Positions 9,577 to 17,077 of a stretch of DNA of 64,000 nt are shown here, in pieces (the first letter of the stretch is position 1; each line of letters starts with the position of its first letter). This DNA is from a virus, in the IMG/VR virus record IMGVR_UViG_3300033273_000208, positions 1 through 64,000 of that record; one strand, written 5' to 3'. The notes under the pieces were generated by a model that saw nothing but the letters and a program-made list of their open reading frames with translations, did not search any database and was not told the DNA's origin. The position numbers and the translations under genes were made by a program.

Positions 9577-10068
9577 ATGCTTTACGATCAACCACCTGCA
9601 CCTGTATATCAGTGCGTTCAGTGTACTCCTGCCGAGCAGAAAACTCTAGCGTTTCTGCAAGATCGGGGTATTGTGAACAAGAATGCTCTCGCTACTGTGA
9701 TGGGTAACATCAAACAGGAGAGCAACTTTAACCCTCTCGTTTGTGAGGGTGGGGCAAACACTGGTTATCAGCGTTGCACTCGTGGAGGATTTGGTCTCAT
9801 TCAGTGGACTACGGAAGCAAGATACCTGGGTCTGGGTCGTTTCTGCAGGAAGAATAGTTGCAACGTCAACTCTCTTGAGGGACAACTGCGGTACATGTGG
9901 AATGAACAACAGTTCCAAACTCTCATTCCTAAGTTAAAGACACCAGGCAAAACCATCCCACAATATATGAATGACTCATGGTATTGGTTAGGGTGGGGTA
10001 TCCATGGCAATCGTACCCACTATGCATATCAATACCATCGAAAGATGGAACTGAAATATGTAATGTGA
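9577..10068 (+). CDS. Phage tail lysozyme family (Phage_lysozyme2) protein
   Basis: GNIKQESNF (catalytic Glu), GFGLIQWT, GQLRYM..E. Confidence 0.8.
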   Translation: MLYDQPPAPVYQCVQCTPAEQKTLAFLQDRGIVNKNALATVMGNIKQESNFNPLVCEGGANTGYQRCTRGGFGLIQWTTEARYLGLGRFCRKNSCNVNSLEGQLRYMWNEQQFQTLIPKLKTPGKTIPQYMNDSWYWLGWGIHGNRTHYAYQYHRKMELKYVM

Positions 10069-10124
10069 CAATCCAATAACCTTCACACGGGGCAGCGTTG
10101 CTGCCCCGTTTCTGTGTGTATAAT
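10065..10124 (+). promoter_or_regulatory. Early promoter repeat 2 with internal hairpin
   Basis: GTGACA at 10065; 10-bp stem ACGGGGCAGC/GCTGCCCCGT 10087-10109; TATAAT 10119-10124. Confidence 0.7.
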
Positions 10125-10149
10125 GAAGAGGTCCAAACGACACAAGACA

Positions 10150-10665
10150 ATGGCAGGCGGCATTCAGAAAGGCATGGTTGCTACTGATGCACATGCACGC
10201 AAACTTGACAACCAATGTAAAGTCCTCAAAGAGGAGATTGCAGACGTTTTGCAATACACTGGTGTGACATTACAGAAAAAACTGAAGAAGAATCAAATCC
10301 CTGGTGGTAAGGGTGCTTGCGAACCTGATGGTGGCGCATGGTTCTACAAAGGCAAACTGATTGCAGTGTTTGAAGGTAAGAAACAGCAGGACGCTGGTAA
10401 TGCTATCGAACGCTGGTTCAAGAACAACTACATCTGCCGCAAGATTAACCCTGATGTGTCATACGTCACCTTTGCAATCGGTGATGGTGCATACTCTGAT
10501 GGTGTGATCGGTAAGGCACTCAACGTTGCACATCTTGATGGGTTTGATACATATAATGCTGGTGGCAACTCTTGCTTCTTTAACACTCAAGGTTTTACAA
10601 AAGAAGAGATCCGTGCTATCATGATTAAAGTCCTTGCAGAGCGTATTCAGAATGAGGATAGTTGA
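10150..10665 (+). CDS. EcoRI-like PD-(D/E)xK restriction endonuclease homolog
   Basis: EPDGG...FEGK catalytic motif and AGNAIERWFKN, matching EcoRI KPDGG...AEAK...AGNAIERSHKN; ATG 10150 lies downstream of promoter repeat 2. Confidence 0.82.
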   Translation: MAGGIQKGMVATDAHARKLDNQCKVLKEEIADVLQYTGVTLQKKLKKNQIPGGKGACEPDGGAWFYKGKLIAVFEGKKQQDAGNAIERWFKNNYICRKINPDVSYVTFAIGDGAYSDGVIGKALNVAHLDGFDTYNAGGNSCFFNTQGFTKEEIRAIMIKVLAERIQNEDS

Positions 10666-11221
10666 CAACTACTTTCCACAATGGATGGTGGATAAGAATG
10701 CAGAAGAGTTCCAACTTATACCCGTAACTTATACCAACTCACCCTACGGTCAGTATGAAGTGAGTCGGTTCTTTGGTCAGTTACTTATCGATGAGGAGCG
10801 ATGGATTGCACCTATCGCCCCTCATTGGTTTGTGGACTATTTGCATATGTGTGTATGCAATGATCTCTTGTTGGACTATAAAATCCAAAAACTTGATCGC
10901 TGCCTGCTGAACGTGCAAACACCTGGGCAGAACGCCCAAAGTCACACGGATTGGGATGTTCTAAAGGAAAGCGACAGAATCAGTGGTCTGTATTACATCA
11001 GAGGCGATGGTGACACTCTATTTGTTAATGAACAGGGTGATACTATGAGTGTTGAGTGCAAACCAGGGCGATTAGTGCTGTTTGACAGTACAATATGGCA
11101 TGAGGGTTGTCCTCCTGTGAGTGAACCTATTCGATACACTCTCGGGTATGTCTGGAAGTGTGCCAGTCCACTCTCTGTCCACGATCCCCAGGATTTGTGC
11201 AACCCTGTGCCTATACTATGA
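10652..11221 (+). CDS. 2OG-Fe(II) oxygenase superfamily protein
   Basis: RIVDNYF, HTD (HxD), GDTLF, PGRLVLFDS.IWH.G.PP, RYTL. Confidence 0.8.
   Translation: MRIVDNYFPQWMVDKNAEEFQLIPVTYTNSPYGQYEVSRFFGQLLIDEERWIAPIAPHWFVDYLHMCVCNDLLLDYKIQKLDRCLLNVQTPGQNAQSHTDWDVLKESDRISGLYYIRGDGDTLFVNEQGDTMSVECKPGRLVLFDSTIWHEGCPPVSEPIRYTLGYVWKCASPLSVHDPQDLCNPVPIL
11160..11217 (+). promoter_or_regulatory. Early promoter repeat 3 (inside 3' end of oxygenase gene)
   Basis: GTGCCA..TGTCCAC; -10 TATACT at +52. Confidence 0.7.
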
Positions 11222-11243
11222 GGGTACCAAACAAGGACACCAA

Positions 11244-11426
11244 ATGTACGGAATCCGCCCCGCTCGTTACACCATCGAGGAACTGGTTGCACAGTCCCGC
11301 AATACTATCCGCAACGTGGAAAGTGTCACTCAACCCCAACCGATCGTGTGGTGCTCAACTAACGGTCGCTATGTTGTGAACCCTGAGTTTGCACAGTGGA
11401 AGAACGGTAAGTTCCAAGAAGTGTGA
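11244..11426 (+). CDS. Small hypothetical protein (60 aa)
   Basis: MYGIRPARY..., AAGGA RBS, downstream of promoter repeat 3. Confidence 0.6.
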   Translation: MYGIRPARYTIEELVAQSRNTIRNVESVTQPQPIVWCSTNGRYVVNPEFAQWKNGKFQEV

Positions 11427-11433
11427 TAGAATA

Positions 11434-11483
11434 TGGGGAAATCATTAAGAATGTCCTGATTTCCCCACTTTCATGCTTAAATA
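11434..11483 (+). promoter_or_regulatory. Inverted repeat followed by late-promoter-like TAAATA
   Basis: TGGGGAAATCA (11434-11444) / TGATTTCCCCA (11457-11467), then CTTAAATA. Confidence 0.45.
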
Positions 11484-11505
11484 CTATTAACTTCGCAAGA
11501 TAAGC

Positions 11506-11697
11506 ATGGATTGGAGCAGCACCACAAAACAACAGAAACGTAAGGATGCATTTCACATCTTTTACGAAAGTGTGTTGAAACCCGATCATGAACTCCGTCA
11601 GGATGCTCATGAACAACAATGTTATCATGAGTTGTTAGAATGGAGGGGCGAAATCATCGCTTATCTCGATAAGCGTCGCAACGAAGAGTTTAACTAA
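11506..11697 (+). CDS. Hypothetical protein
   Basis: 63-aa ORF, TAATG coupling. Confidence 0.65.
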   Translation: MDWSSTTKQQKRKDAFHIFYESVLKPDHELRQDAHEQQCYHELLEWRGEIIAYLDKRRNEEFN

Positions 11698-11930
11698 TGA
11701 CCCAACACTTTACATGCACATCCACTGAACCATATGATCGCCATTGGTATAAAGTATGGTGCAAAGATAACACATGTAAAGTGTTTCAATCATATGATGA
11801 AGTCTTGACCGTTTATTGGAACTTTCACCAACACATTTCTCATGTCGAAGTCATTGACCCCAGACCAGAATCCGAAGGAGGATTTGCAACTAACACCCGA
11901 AGACGACGGTCTAAGGGTAAGCGAAAATGA
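11697..11930 (+). CDS. Hypothetical protein
   Basis: 77-aa ORF (FTCTS.EPYDRH.Y), basic tail. Confidence 0.6.
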   Translation: MTQHFTCTSTEPYDRHWYKVWCKDNTCKVFQSYDEVLTVYWNFHQHISHVEVIDPRPESEGGFATNTRRRRSKGKRK

Positions 11931-12096
11931 AGATGGAACTTTACAAATAGAGTGGGATCCTAATGATGCACGTTGGTCTATGTTCAATGACTTCACTGAG
12001 CAAGACTTCATCGACATGGTTACATCCTATTGCAAGACAGTTCTAGATGAACATGGTGTAGATTATTCTGACATCATTGAGGAAGATGAACTGTGA
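11842..12096 (+). CDS. Acidic hypothetical protein
   Basis: 84-aa ORF (NEDGTLQIEWDPND.RW); overlaps previous ORF by 89 nt. Confidence 0.6.
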   Translation: MSKSLTPDQNPKEDLQLTPEDDGLRVSENEDGTLQIEWDPNDARWSMFNDFTEQDFIDMVTSYCKTVLDEHGVDYSDIIEEDEL

Positions 12097-12263
12097 TCAC
12101 AGCATACATTGCATCTCTCACATTTGCATTAGGTGGAGCACTTGGTTTTAAGGTAGGTGTATTCCTTGGATGGAAATGGGGTGCAGATGATGAACGTTAT
12201 GTTGCATCCAAACTTAGACAACAAGCAGCACACGAGTTAGTTATCAAAGACCCATGGCAATAG
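12093..12263 (+). CDS. Small membrane protein
   Basis: GTG start, MITAYIASLTFALGGALGFKVGVFLGW hydrophobic helix; GTGA coupling. Confidence 0.55.
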   Translation: MITAYIASLTFALGGALGFKVGVFLGWKWGADDERYVASKLRQQAAHELVIKDPWQ

Positions 12264-12469
12264 TAGTAAGACAGAAACGTCCAGTTGAACAAACATGGGA
12301 CTTTGATGATATTGACAGTGCTAAAGAGTTCGCTTACAATCAATACCACGAGAAAAGAGAACTGGTCACCGTGGAGATTGATGGTGCTATTGTGTGCCTA
12401 TTCAGTGATCCAGATCCAAATCTATCAAACGCTGACTCACACCTAGACTACAGGAATCAAACACTATGA
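12254..12469 (+). CDS. Hypothetical protein
   Basis: 71-aa coupled ORF. Confidence 0.55.
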   Translation: MAIVVRQKRPVEQTWDFDDIDSAKEFAYNQYHEKRELVTVEIDGAIVCLFSDPDPNLSNADSHLDYRNQTL

Positions 12470-12711
12470 CACCCCGCCGCCTCACAATCCGCCAACTCAA
12501 CATCATTCTAGATTCACTCGCATCGTATCATCTAGAGGTTGAATCCTTTGACAATGATGAACTGGTTTCAGAAGTGTGGGATACGATTGATCTCATCGGT
12601 AACTATCGTGAGTGGATGATGCATCAATCGATCACGGATAACAGTGACATTGATGTACCTTACGATGAGATCACTAAGTTCTTCGAGGTGGGTGAGATTG
12701 GTGCACCATAA
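12466..12711 (+). CDS. Acidic hypothetical protein
   Basis: 81-aa ORF, ATGA coupling. Confidence 0.6.
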   Translation: MTPRRLTIRQLNIILDSLASYHLEVESFDNDELVSEVWDTIDLIGNYREWMMHQSITDNSDIDVPYDEITKFFEVGEIGAP

Positions 12712-12744
12712 TATCTATTTGCCCCATCGACCCTCTATGCCCCC

Positions 12745-12802
12745 GTGACAGTCGGCAAAGCGGTCTACAGGCGCTTGTGGACGCCTCTCAGGCGTGTATT
12801 AT
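12745..12802 (+). promoter_or_regulatory. Early promoter repeat 4
   Basis: GTGACA..GTCTAC; -10 TATTAT at +52. Confidence 0.7.
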
Positions 12803-12826
12803 TAAAGAGTCAAAGGAACGCACCTC

Positions 12827-13099
12827 ATGCAACTTTCCAACTCCGTCTGCATCGTTGACTTCTTCCCCGAGGCATTTATTGCCGAGGCATGTGAAGAAAA
12901 GGGTGTAAAGACTGTCGTCAAGCGTTTTATCAAGCGTGTGACTTTCCCTTCTGATTATGGCAAAGCACAGCAATCTTGGTCTGTTGTTACTGCTCTCACC
13001 TTCTCCAATGAGGTCGCTGAGCGTATTGCTAACGGCGCTGTGGTTACTGGTTTCAACACTGAAAAGTGCCCTGACTCCTATACTCCTTGCTTCTGCTGA
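12827..13099 (+). CDS. Hypothetical early protein
   Basis: 90-aa ORF with AAGGA RBS after promoter repeat 4. Confidence 0.7.
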   Translation: MQLSNSVCIVDFFPEAFIAEACEEKGVKTVVKRFIKRVTFPSDYGKAQQSWSVVTALTFSNEVAERIANGAVVTGFNTEKCPDSYTPCFC

Positions 13100-13101
13100 T
13101 C

Positions 13102-13359
13102 ATGTTCCCCATTTATATCCAGCAACCCCCATCTGTGGGGTTCGCTGTTGATGAGATTCCCGTTGAGATTGTTCAGTATTGTGCTGACTTTACTCAACTC
13201 AATCCCTACGATCAATACAACAAAATGGAGCAAGATCTCCGTTTAGTTGACTGTTACTGGATGCATCTTGGTTATTATGGAACTCCTGCAAACATTATGG
13301 AAGAAGTTCGACGCGAACATTTCCGCACTCGTCCACCTCTACGTCCTGTCTTTGATTGA
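13102..13359 (+). CDS. Hypothetical protein
   Basis: ORF track 13087-13359; ATG 13102 (MFPIY) preferred. Confidence 0.55.
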   Translation: MFPIYIQQPPSVGFAVDEIPVEIVQYCADFTQLNPYDQYNKMEQDLRLVDCYWMHLGYYGTPANIMEEVRREHFRTRPPLRPVFD

Positions 13360-13484
13360 TGCCTGACACTTACACTTTCACTGGTGATGCTGTTACCTTC
13401 CTTGGTTTGGTTGGTGTTACTTCGGCGTTTATCATTGTTGTTACTGCTTTCCGTCGTTTCTTCAACTCTCCTTACAACAAGTGA
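13359..13484 (+). CDS. Small membrane peptide (41 aa)
   Basis: MPDTYTFTGDAVTFLGLVGVTSAFIIVVTAFRRFFNSPYNK*; coupled on both sides. Confidence 0.6.
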   Translation: MPDTYTFTGDAVTFLGLVGVTSAFIIVVTAFRRFFNSPYNK

Positions 13485-13693
13485 GCACTACAGTTTCTAA
13501 AGTCTTCAACGCGATTGATTTCACTGATAGTGAAGCAAACTGCTTGCTTCATTTCTTACAACAAGCACAAGAATGTGGGTATCCTAGTGCTAACGAACCC
13601 TACTACCCCACGATTAACACAATCCTGAACAAATACTACACCGAACTCAACAACCAAGAGCAAAACTGCACGTTTCGTGAGTATGACTACTGA
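13481..13693 (+). CDS. Hypothetical protein
   Basis: 70-aa ORF, GTGA coupling. Confidence 0.55.
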   Translation: MSTTVSKVFNAIDFTDSEANCLLHFLQQAQECGYPSANEPYYPTINTILNKYYTELNNQEQNCTFREYDY

Positions 13694-13901
13694 ATACACT
13701 AGAGAACAACTTATCGATGCATTATGTGCAGAGTGGGATTATCTCTGCCATGATGATTTCGATCCTGATGTAGATCCCACGACAGAAGAGTATCGTGAAG
13801 ATCTCAACAACTATACTCTCGAACAGTTAATCGCAGAAACGAATACTGACGAGGATGGTTACACTCTCACCGAATACATGGAGAACTATGGATGTAGTTA
13901 A
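13683..13901 (+). CDS. Highly acidic hypothetical protein
   Basis: MTTEYTREQLIDALCAEWDYLCHDD...; ORF track 13677-13901. Confidence 0.65.
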   Translation: MTTEYTREQLIDALCAEWDYLCHDDFDPDVDPTTEEYREDLNNYTLEQLIAETNTDEDGYTLTEYMENYGCS

Positions 13902-13974
13902 TGCTTCACTGATTGCAACTGGTTTGTTGACTCTTGGTGGTCTAATCCTGTTTTTCAAAGTAATCTATCGGTAG
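13888..13974 (+). CDS. Possible membrane micropeptide (28 aa)
   Basis: MDVVNASLIATGLLTLGGLILFFKVIYR*, GGAG RBS. Confidence 0.4.
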   Translation: MDVVNASLIATGLLTLGGLILFFKVIYR

Positions 13975-13980
13975 GGTAGT

Positions 13981-14039
13981 GTGCCAGTTGGTCAAACCGT
14001 CCACCATCGCTTGATTTCCGCACCAATCGGTGCAATACT
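13981..14039 (+). promoter_or_regulatory. Early promoter repeat 5
   Basis: GTGCCAGTTGG..AAACCGTCCAC, TTGATT-N17-AATACT. Confidence 0.75.
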
Positions 14040-14063
14040 ATGAGAGTTAAAGAAAGCAACGCA

Positions 14064-14333
14064 ATGCAACTCCTCCCAAACGCAGTCACGACCGCAACCT
14101 ATCGTCGTGAGACCCGTTTTTTCTTCGATGATGATACCTCTGCGAGCGAGTTCAAGACCATCAAGAAACTGACCTCTTTTCCTGATTCTGGTGATGTCCG
14201 CCGCCGCACTTTGCGTGAGTGGCAGGAAATGAACCCCTCCATCGTTCGTATCACTTTCAAGGACACTCCTGTCCTGGTTGATAACACTCCCGACGAGATT
14301 ACCCGTTTCAAAGTAGCAAACCTCTCCCGATGA
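14064..14333 (+). CDS. Hypothetical early protein
   Basis: MQLLPNAV...; ORF track 14040-14333. Confidence 0.6.
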   Translation: MQLLPNAVTTATYRRETRFFFDDDTSASEFKTIKKLTSFPDSGDVRRRTLREWQEMNPSIVRITFKDTPVLVDNTPDEITRFKVANLSR

Positions 14334-14470
14334 TTACACAACAAGACCGTGAGTTTGTTGACTTTTTGTTTAGCAAACTCACGAAGCATGTTGACACCGA
14401 CATGATAGATTTGCAGGATGATGATACCTGCTGTGACCATCTTAACTTTCAACAACTCGAACTCTTCTGA
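14330..14470 (+). CDS. Small acidic protein ending in QQLELF (46 aa)
   Basis: MITQQDREFVDFLFSKLTKHVDTDMIDLQDDDTCCDHLNFQQLELF*; ATGA coupling. Confidence 0.6.
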   Translation: MITQQDREFVDFLFSKLTKHVDTDMIDLQDDDTCCDHLNFQQLELF

Positions 14471-14491
14471 ACACTCTTAACTAACACTCTC

Positions 14492-14752
14492 ATGCTTAAG
14501 AAAGTCTCCGAGTCTAAACAAACACCTTCACCAGTTATTGTCAACAAAGGAAAGCATGGATACAACTGCTGGGTGTATGTAAGCACGATTCAGAAGAATC
14601 AAAACACTTACCATAAGTATAAAGTTGCCAACAAGTTTGGCAAGAAGTTTGTATCTAAAAAGGATGCACTTATGTACGGTTGGGCAACAATCAACGGACA
14701 CGATGTTTCAACCTATGATGTACCAATGCGACACAAACCAGTCGCTCGCTGA
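14492..14752 (+). CDS. Basic hypothetical protein
   Basis: 86-aa Lys-rich ORF. Confidence 0.55.
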   Translation: MLKKVSESKQTPSPVIVNKGKHGYNCWVYVSTIQKNQNTYHKYKVANKFGKKFVSKKDALMYGWATINGHDVSTYDVPMRHKPVAR

Positions 14753-14756
14753 CGGT

Positions 14757-14829
14757 GTGACAGTTCCTCAGGTGGTTTCTCGGTTTTGTATCACCACGAA
14801 CTACCTGGGTCTGGCATCTCGTGTATCTT
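14757..14829 (+). promoter_or_regulatory. Early promoter repeat 6 (longer spacing)
   Basis: GTGACAGTT; -10 region TCGTGTATCTTAGA identical to repeat 7. Confidence 0.6.
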
Positions 14830-14835
14830 AGAAAC

Positions 14836-15084
14836 ATGGAAAACAACCAAACCGACATGACCATCACTCCCGCATTCATCGATGCTCTCGATAGCGTGCA
14901 GGCGTTCTGTCTTGACATGAACCCCGACATCGATATGGCATACGATTACGTCTGCGAGCAGGCAGGAATCGACTCCTTTGTTTGCAACAATGCTGCATGG
15001 GATATGTTCTACGATGTGTGGGAAAAGATCATGGATGACAACAATGTCCCTGATCATGTTCGTGCTGGTGACTATCGCTACTGA
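14836..15084 (+). CDS. Acidic hypothetical protein
   Basis: ORF track 14821-15084; ATG 14836 or 14857. Confidence 0.6.
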   Translation: MENNQTDMTITPAFIDALDSVQAFCLDMNPDIDMAYDYVCEQAGIDSFVCNNAAWDMFYDVWEKIMDDNNVPDHVRAGDYRY

Positions 15085-15121
15085 TTCACGACTTTCTCAC
15101 ACTAACCCCACTCAAATCATC

Positions 15122-15319
15122 ATGAATCGTTACTGCATCGAAGTTGACCGCATTGAACGTGATGGCAGCATTTTCCACCTCGTTCAATATAGGGAACTGA
15201 AACCCACTAAATCACTCTGGGCACACAAACTGCAGTTGGAAAAACTCACTAATCGCATTGCTGAGGAACTCAAATACTATCAAGTTCCTTACAAACGCTA
15301 TAGCGTGAGCATGGCGTAA
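15122..15319 (+). CDS. Hypothetical protein
   Basis: MNRYCIEVDRIE...; ORF track 14978-15319. Confidence 0.55.
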   Translation: MNRYCIEVDRIERDGSIFHLVQYRELKPTKSLWAHKLQLEKLTNRIAEELKYYQVPYKRYSVSMA

Positions 15320-15537
15320 TGCCTCCCAAATACGACGCAAACTGGTTCACTAACTACAACAAAACAATGGCAACTTACAACCCCTACGTTGATACCCTCG
15401 TCGAGATGGGTTACGATCGCACTGACTGCCAGATGGCAGGTCGTGATGCTACCTATCCTCGTACGATTCACGGTCGTGTTTTTAACACCAAAGAAGAGTA
15501 CGATGAGGCACTCGCTGACTTTATCAACGGTCTCTGA
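15319..15537 (+). CDS. Hypothetical protein
   Basis: 72-aa ORF, TAATG coupling; start may be 15367. Confidence 0.55.
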   Translation: MPPKYDANWFTNYNKTMATYNPYVDTLVEMGYDRTDCQMAGRDATYPRTIHGRVFNTKEEYDEALADFINGL

Positions 15538-15545
15538 TTAACATC

Positions 15546-15707
15546 ATGCGAATCATTCTTGCTTCAGTAGTTGTAATCTTTGGCAGCATGATTGGTCTTG
15601 CTGCTATCAACTCAGTCTCTCAAATGCAGGACGCTAAGATGACACGATTCTGCAAACAAATCCCCGTAGGCGCATCCTACGATGAAATGTGCGCTAAGTA
15701 TCGTTAA
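15546..15707 (+). CDS. Small membrane-anchored or secreted protein (53 aa)
   Basis: MRIILASVVVIFGSMIGLAAINS... with a Cys pair. Confidence 0.55.
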   Translation: MRIILASVVVIFGSMIGLAAINSVSQMQDAKMTRFCKQIPVGASYDEMCAKYR

Positions 15708-15747
15708 TCACGCGCAACACTAACTAACAACAATCACACACACAATC

Positions 15748-15969
15748 ATGGACCGCTCTGAAATCCAACGCCAATATGTTGACTGCATCGTTGATGGCAT
15801 GGACCTTGACGATTGCTTGGCACTGTTAAAAGATTGCCTCAATGCTGACCTGGAAGTGTATAGTGACAAGGAACTGATTGAAGAGGTTAATCAATACTAT
15901 CCTCACCTGATTGAAGAGGATAGTGAAGAGAATAGTGAGGAACCAAGCGAAGCGACGGGTTGGCAGTGA
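15748..15969 (+). CDS. Highly acidic hypothetical protein
   Basis: 73-aa Asp/Glu-rich ORF. Confidence 0.65.
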   Translation: MDRSEIQRQYVDCIVDGMDLDDCLALLKDCLNADLEVYSDKELIEEVNQYYPHLIEEDSEENSEEPSEATGWQ

Positions 15970-16023
15970 CAGTTGGACAAACCGTCCACTATCACCGCAC
16001 AGACCCCTAAGATCGTGTATCTT
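15966..16023 (+). promoter_or_regulatory. Early promoter repeat 7
   Basis: GTGACAGTTGG..AAACCGTCCAC; -10 TATCTT at +52. Confidence 0.75.
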
Positions 16024-16140
16024 AGAGAAGTGGAGGGGAACAGGACACCCGATCATCACTCCTAGCGAGTCAGTTGGCAACTCTACTGCTGATGATAAAC
16101 TCCACTTTTTCCTAACACTTTTCACCTCTCTTTTCTCATC

Positions 16141-16473
16141 ATGCGTAAAATCGAGCAGGCAATGAACACCGCCATCGCTAACAACGACAACTGGCAATCT
16201 GGCAATACTTCTGTTCACTTTAACGAGGAAGAAAACCTCTCCGTTGTGCGTCTGCACGGCAACAAGATTGCCGAGATCGGTGAGGGTTTCATCCGCCTCT
16301 TTGACGGCGGTTGGCAATCCAACACCACCAAATCTCGTCTGAATGCTATTCTCTCTGAGCACGGAGAATGTGGTGATAAAGTATTCGCAAAGGACTTCGA
16401 TTGGTTCCTGCAAATGAATACTGCCCAAGGTCTTTCTGTTGTTCCTTTCTTCTCTTCGATGCGCCTGGGTTGA
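16141..16473 (+). CDS. Phage hypothetical protein
   Basis: 110 aa, VRLHGNKIA / DGGWQSNTTKSRLNA. Confidence 0.75.
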   Translation: MRKIEQAMNTAIANNDNWQSGNTSVHFNEEENLSVVRLHGNKIAEIGEGFIRLFDGGWQSNTTKSRLNAILSEHGECGDKVFAKDFDWFLQMNTAQGLSVVPFFSSMRLG

Positions 16474-16658
16474 TGTTGAAAGCACTCAACAAATCTCGTT
16501 CCGCTAACTACTATGCGAATCAAGTGAAAGTATTGCTTTTGATTGTAATCGGCGTCCTTATCTATCACTCACAGGACGCCCGATTCTTTATCTCTGACCG
16601 CCTTCAGGATGCATCAGAGTTTATTCGTCCCGAACCCAATCTTCAGTTTCGTTATTGA
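16473..16658 (+). CDS. Small membrane protein
   Basis: MLKALNKS...VKVLLLIVIGVLIY; TGATG coupling. Confidence 0.5.
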   Translation: MLKALNKSRSANYYANQVKVLLLIVIGVLIYHSQDARFFISDRLQDASEFIRPEPNLQFRY

Positions 16659-16660
16659 TC

Positions 16661-17074
16661 ATGCTTGAGACTCTGACTAACACTCCCATCAACACATTGA
16701 TCTGCTGTTTGTGTGAAGCACTGGACCAACATTATCGTCTTTACACTGTAAAATCCTTCCGCCGTCGTGTTTCCTCAGGCAACGATGATACGGGGTATTT
16801 CCAACGTCAACTGGATGCAATCCGCAATGATCAGTATGATTGGAACATTTCTTTCGATGTAGAGGAAGGACGCAAGTATGCTAAGATTATAATGACTCAG
16901 AGCGGATCACGTTCTGTTCATGCTTTCATAGATATGAAGACGGGTGACGTATATAAACCCGCATCCTTTTCTAAACCTGCCAAAGGTGTACGTTACAACC
17001 TGTTTGACAAGAACTCCCGTGAAGAGTGTTATCGTCGAGCAGATTGGGCAGGTGATTATCTCTATCTTCGCTGA
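16661..17074 (+). CDS. Phage hypothetical protein
   Basis: GRKYAKI...SVHAFID.KTGDVYKPAS...PAKGVRYNL; ORF track 16655-17074. Confidence 0.75.
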   Translation: MLETLTNTPINTLICCLCEALDQHYRLYTVKSFRRRVSSGNDDTGYFQRQLDAIRNDQYDWNISFDVEEGRKYAKIIMTQSGSRSVHAFIDMKTGDVYKPASFSKPAKGVRYNLFDKNSREECYRRADWAGDYLYLR

Positions 17075-17077
17075 TTC

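Noticed and set aside
8333-10665. Helicase plus endonuclease as a type I/III restriction-modification system
   Set aside because: No methyltransferase or specificity subunit; the genes have separate promoters and are separated by a lysozyme.
16027-16108. CTGATGA suggesting a hammerhead ribozyme
   Set aside because: No GAAA core element or correctly placed stem II; kept only as a structured leader.
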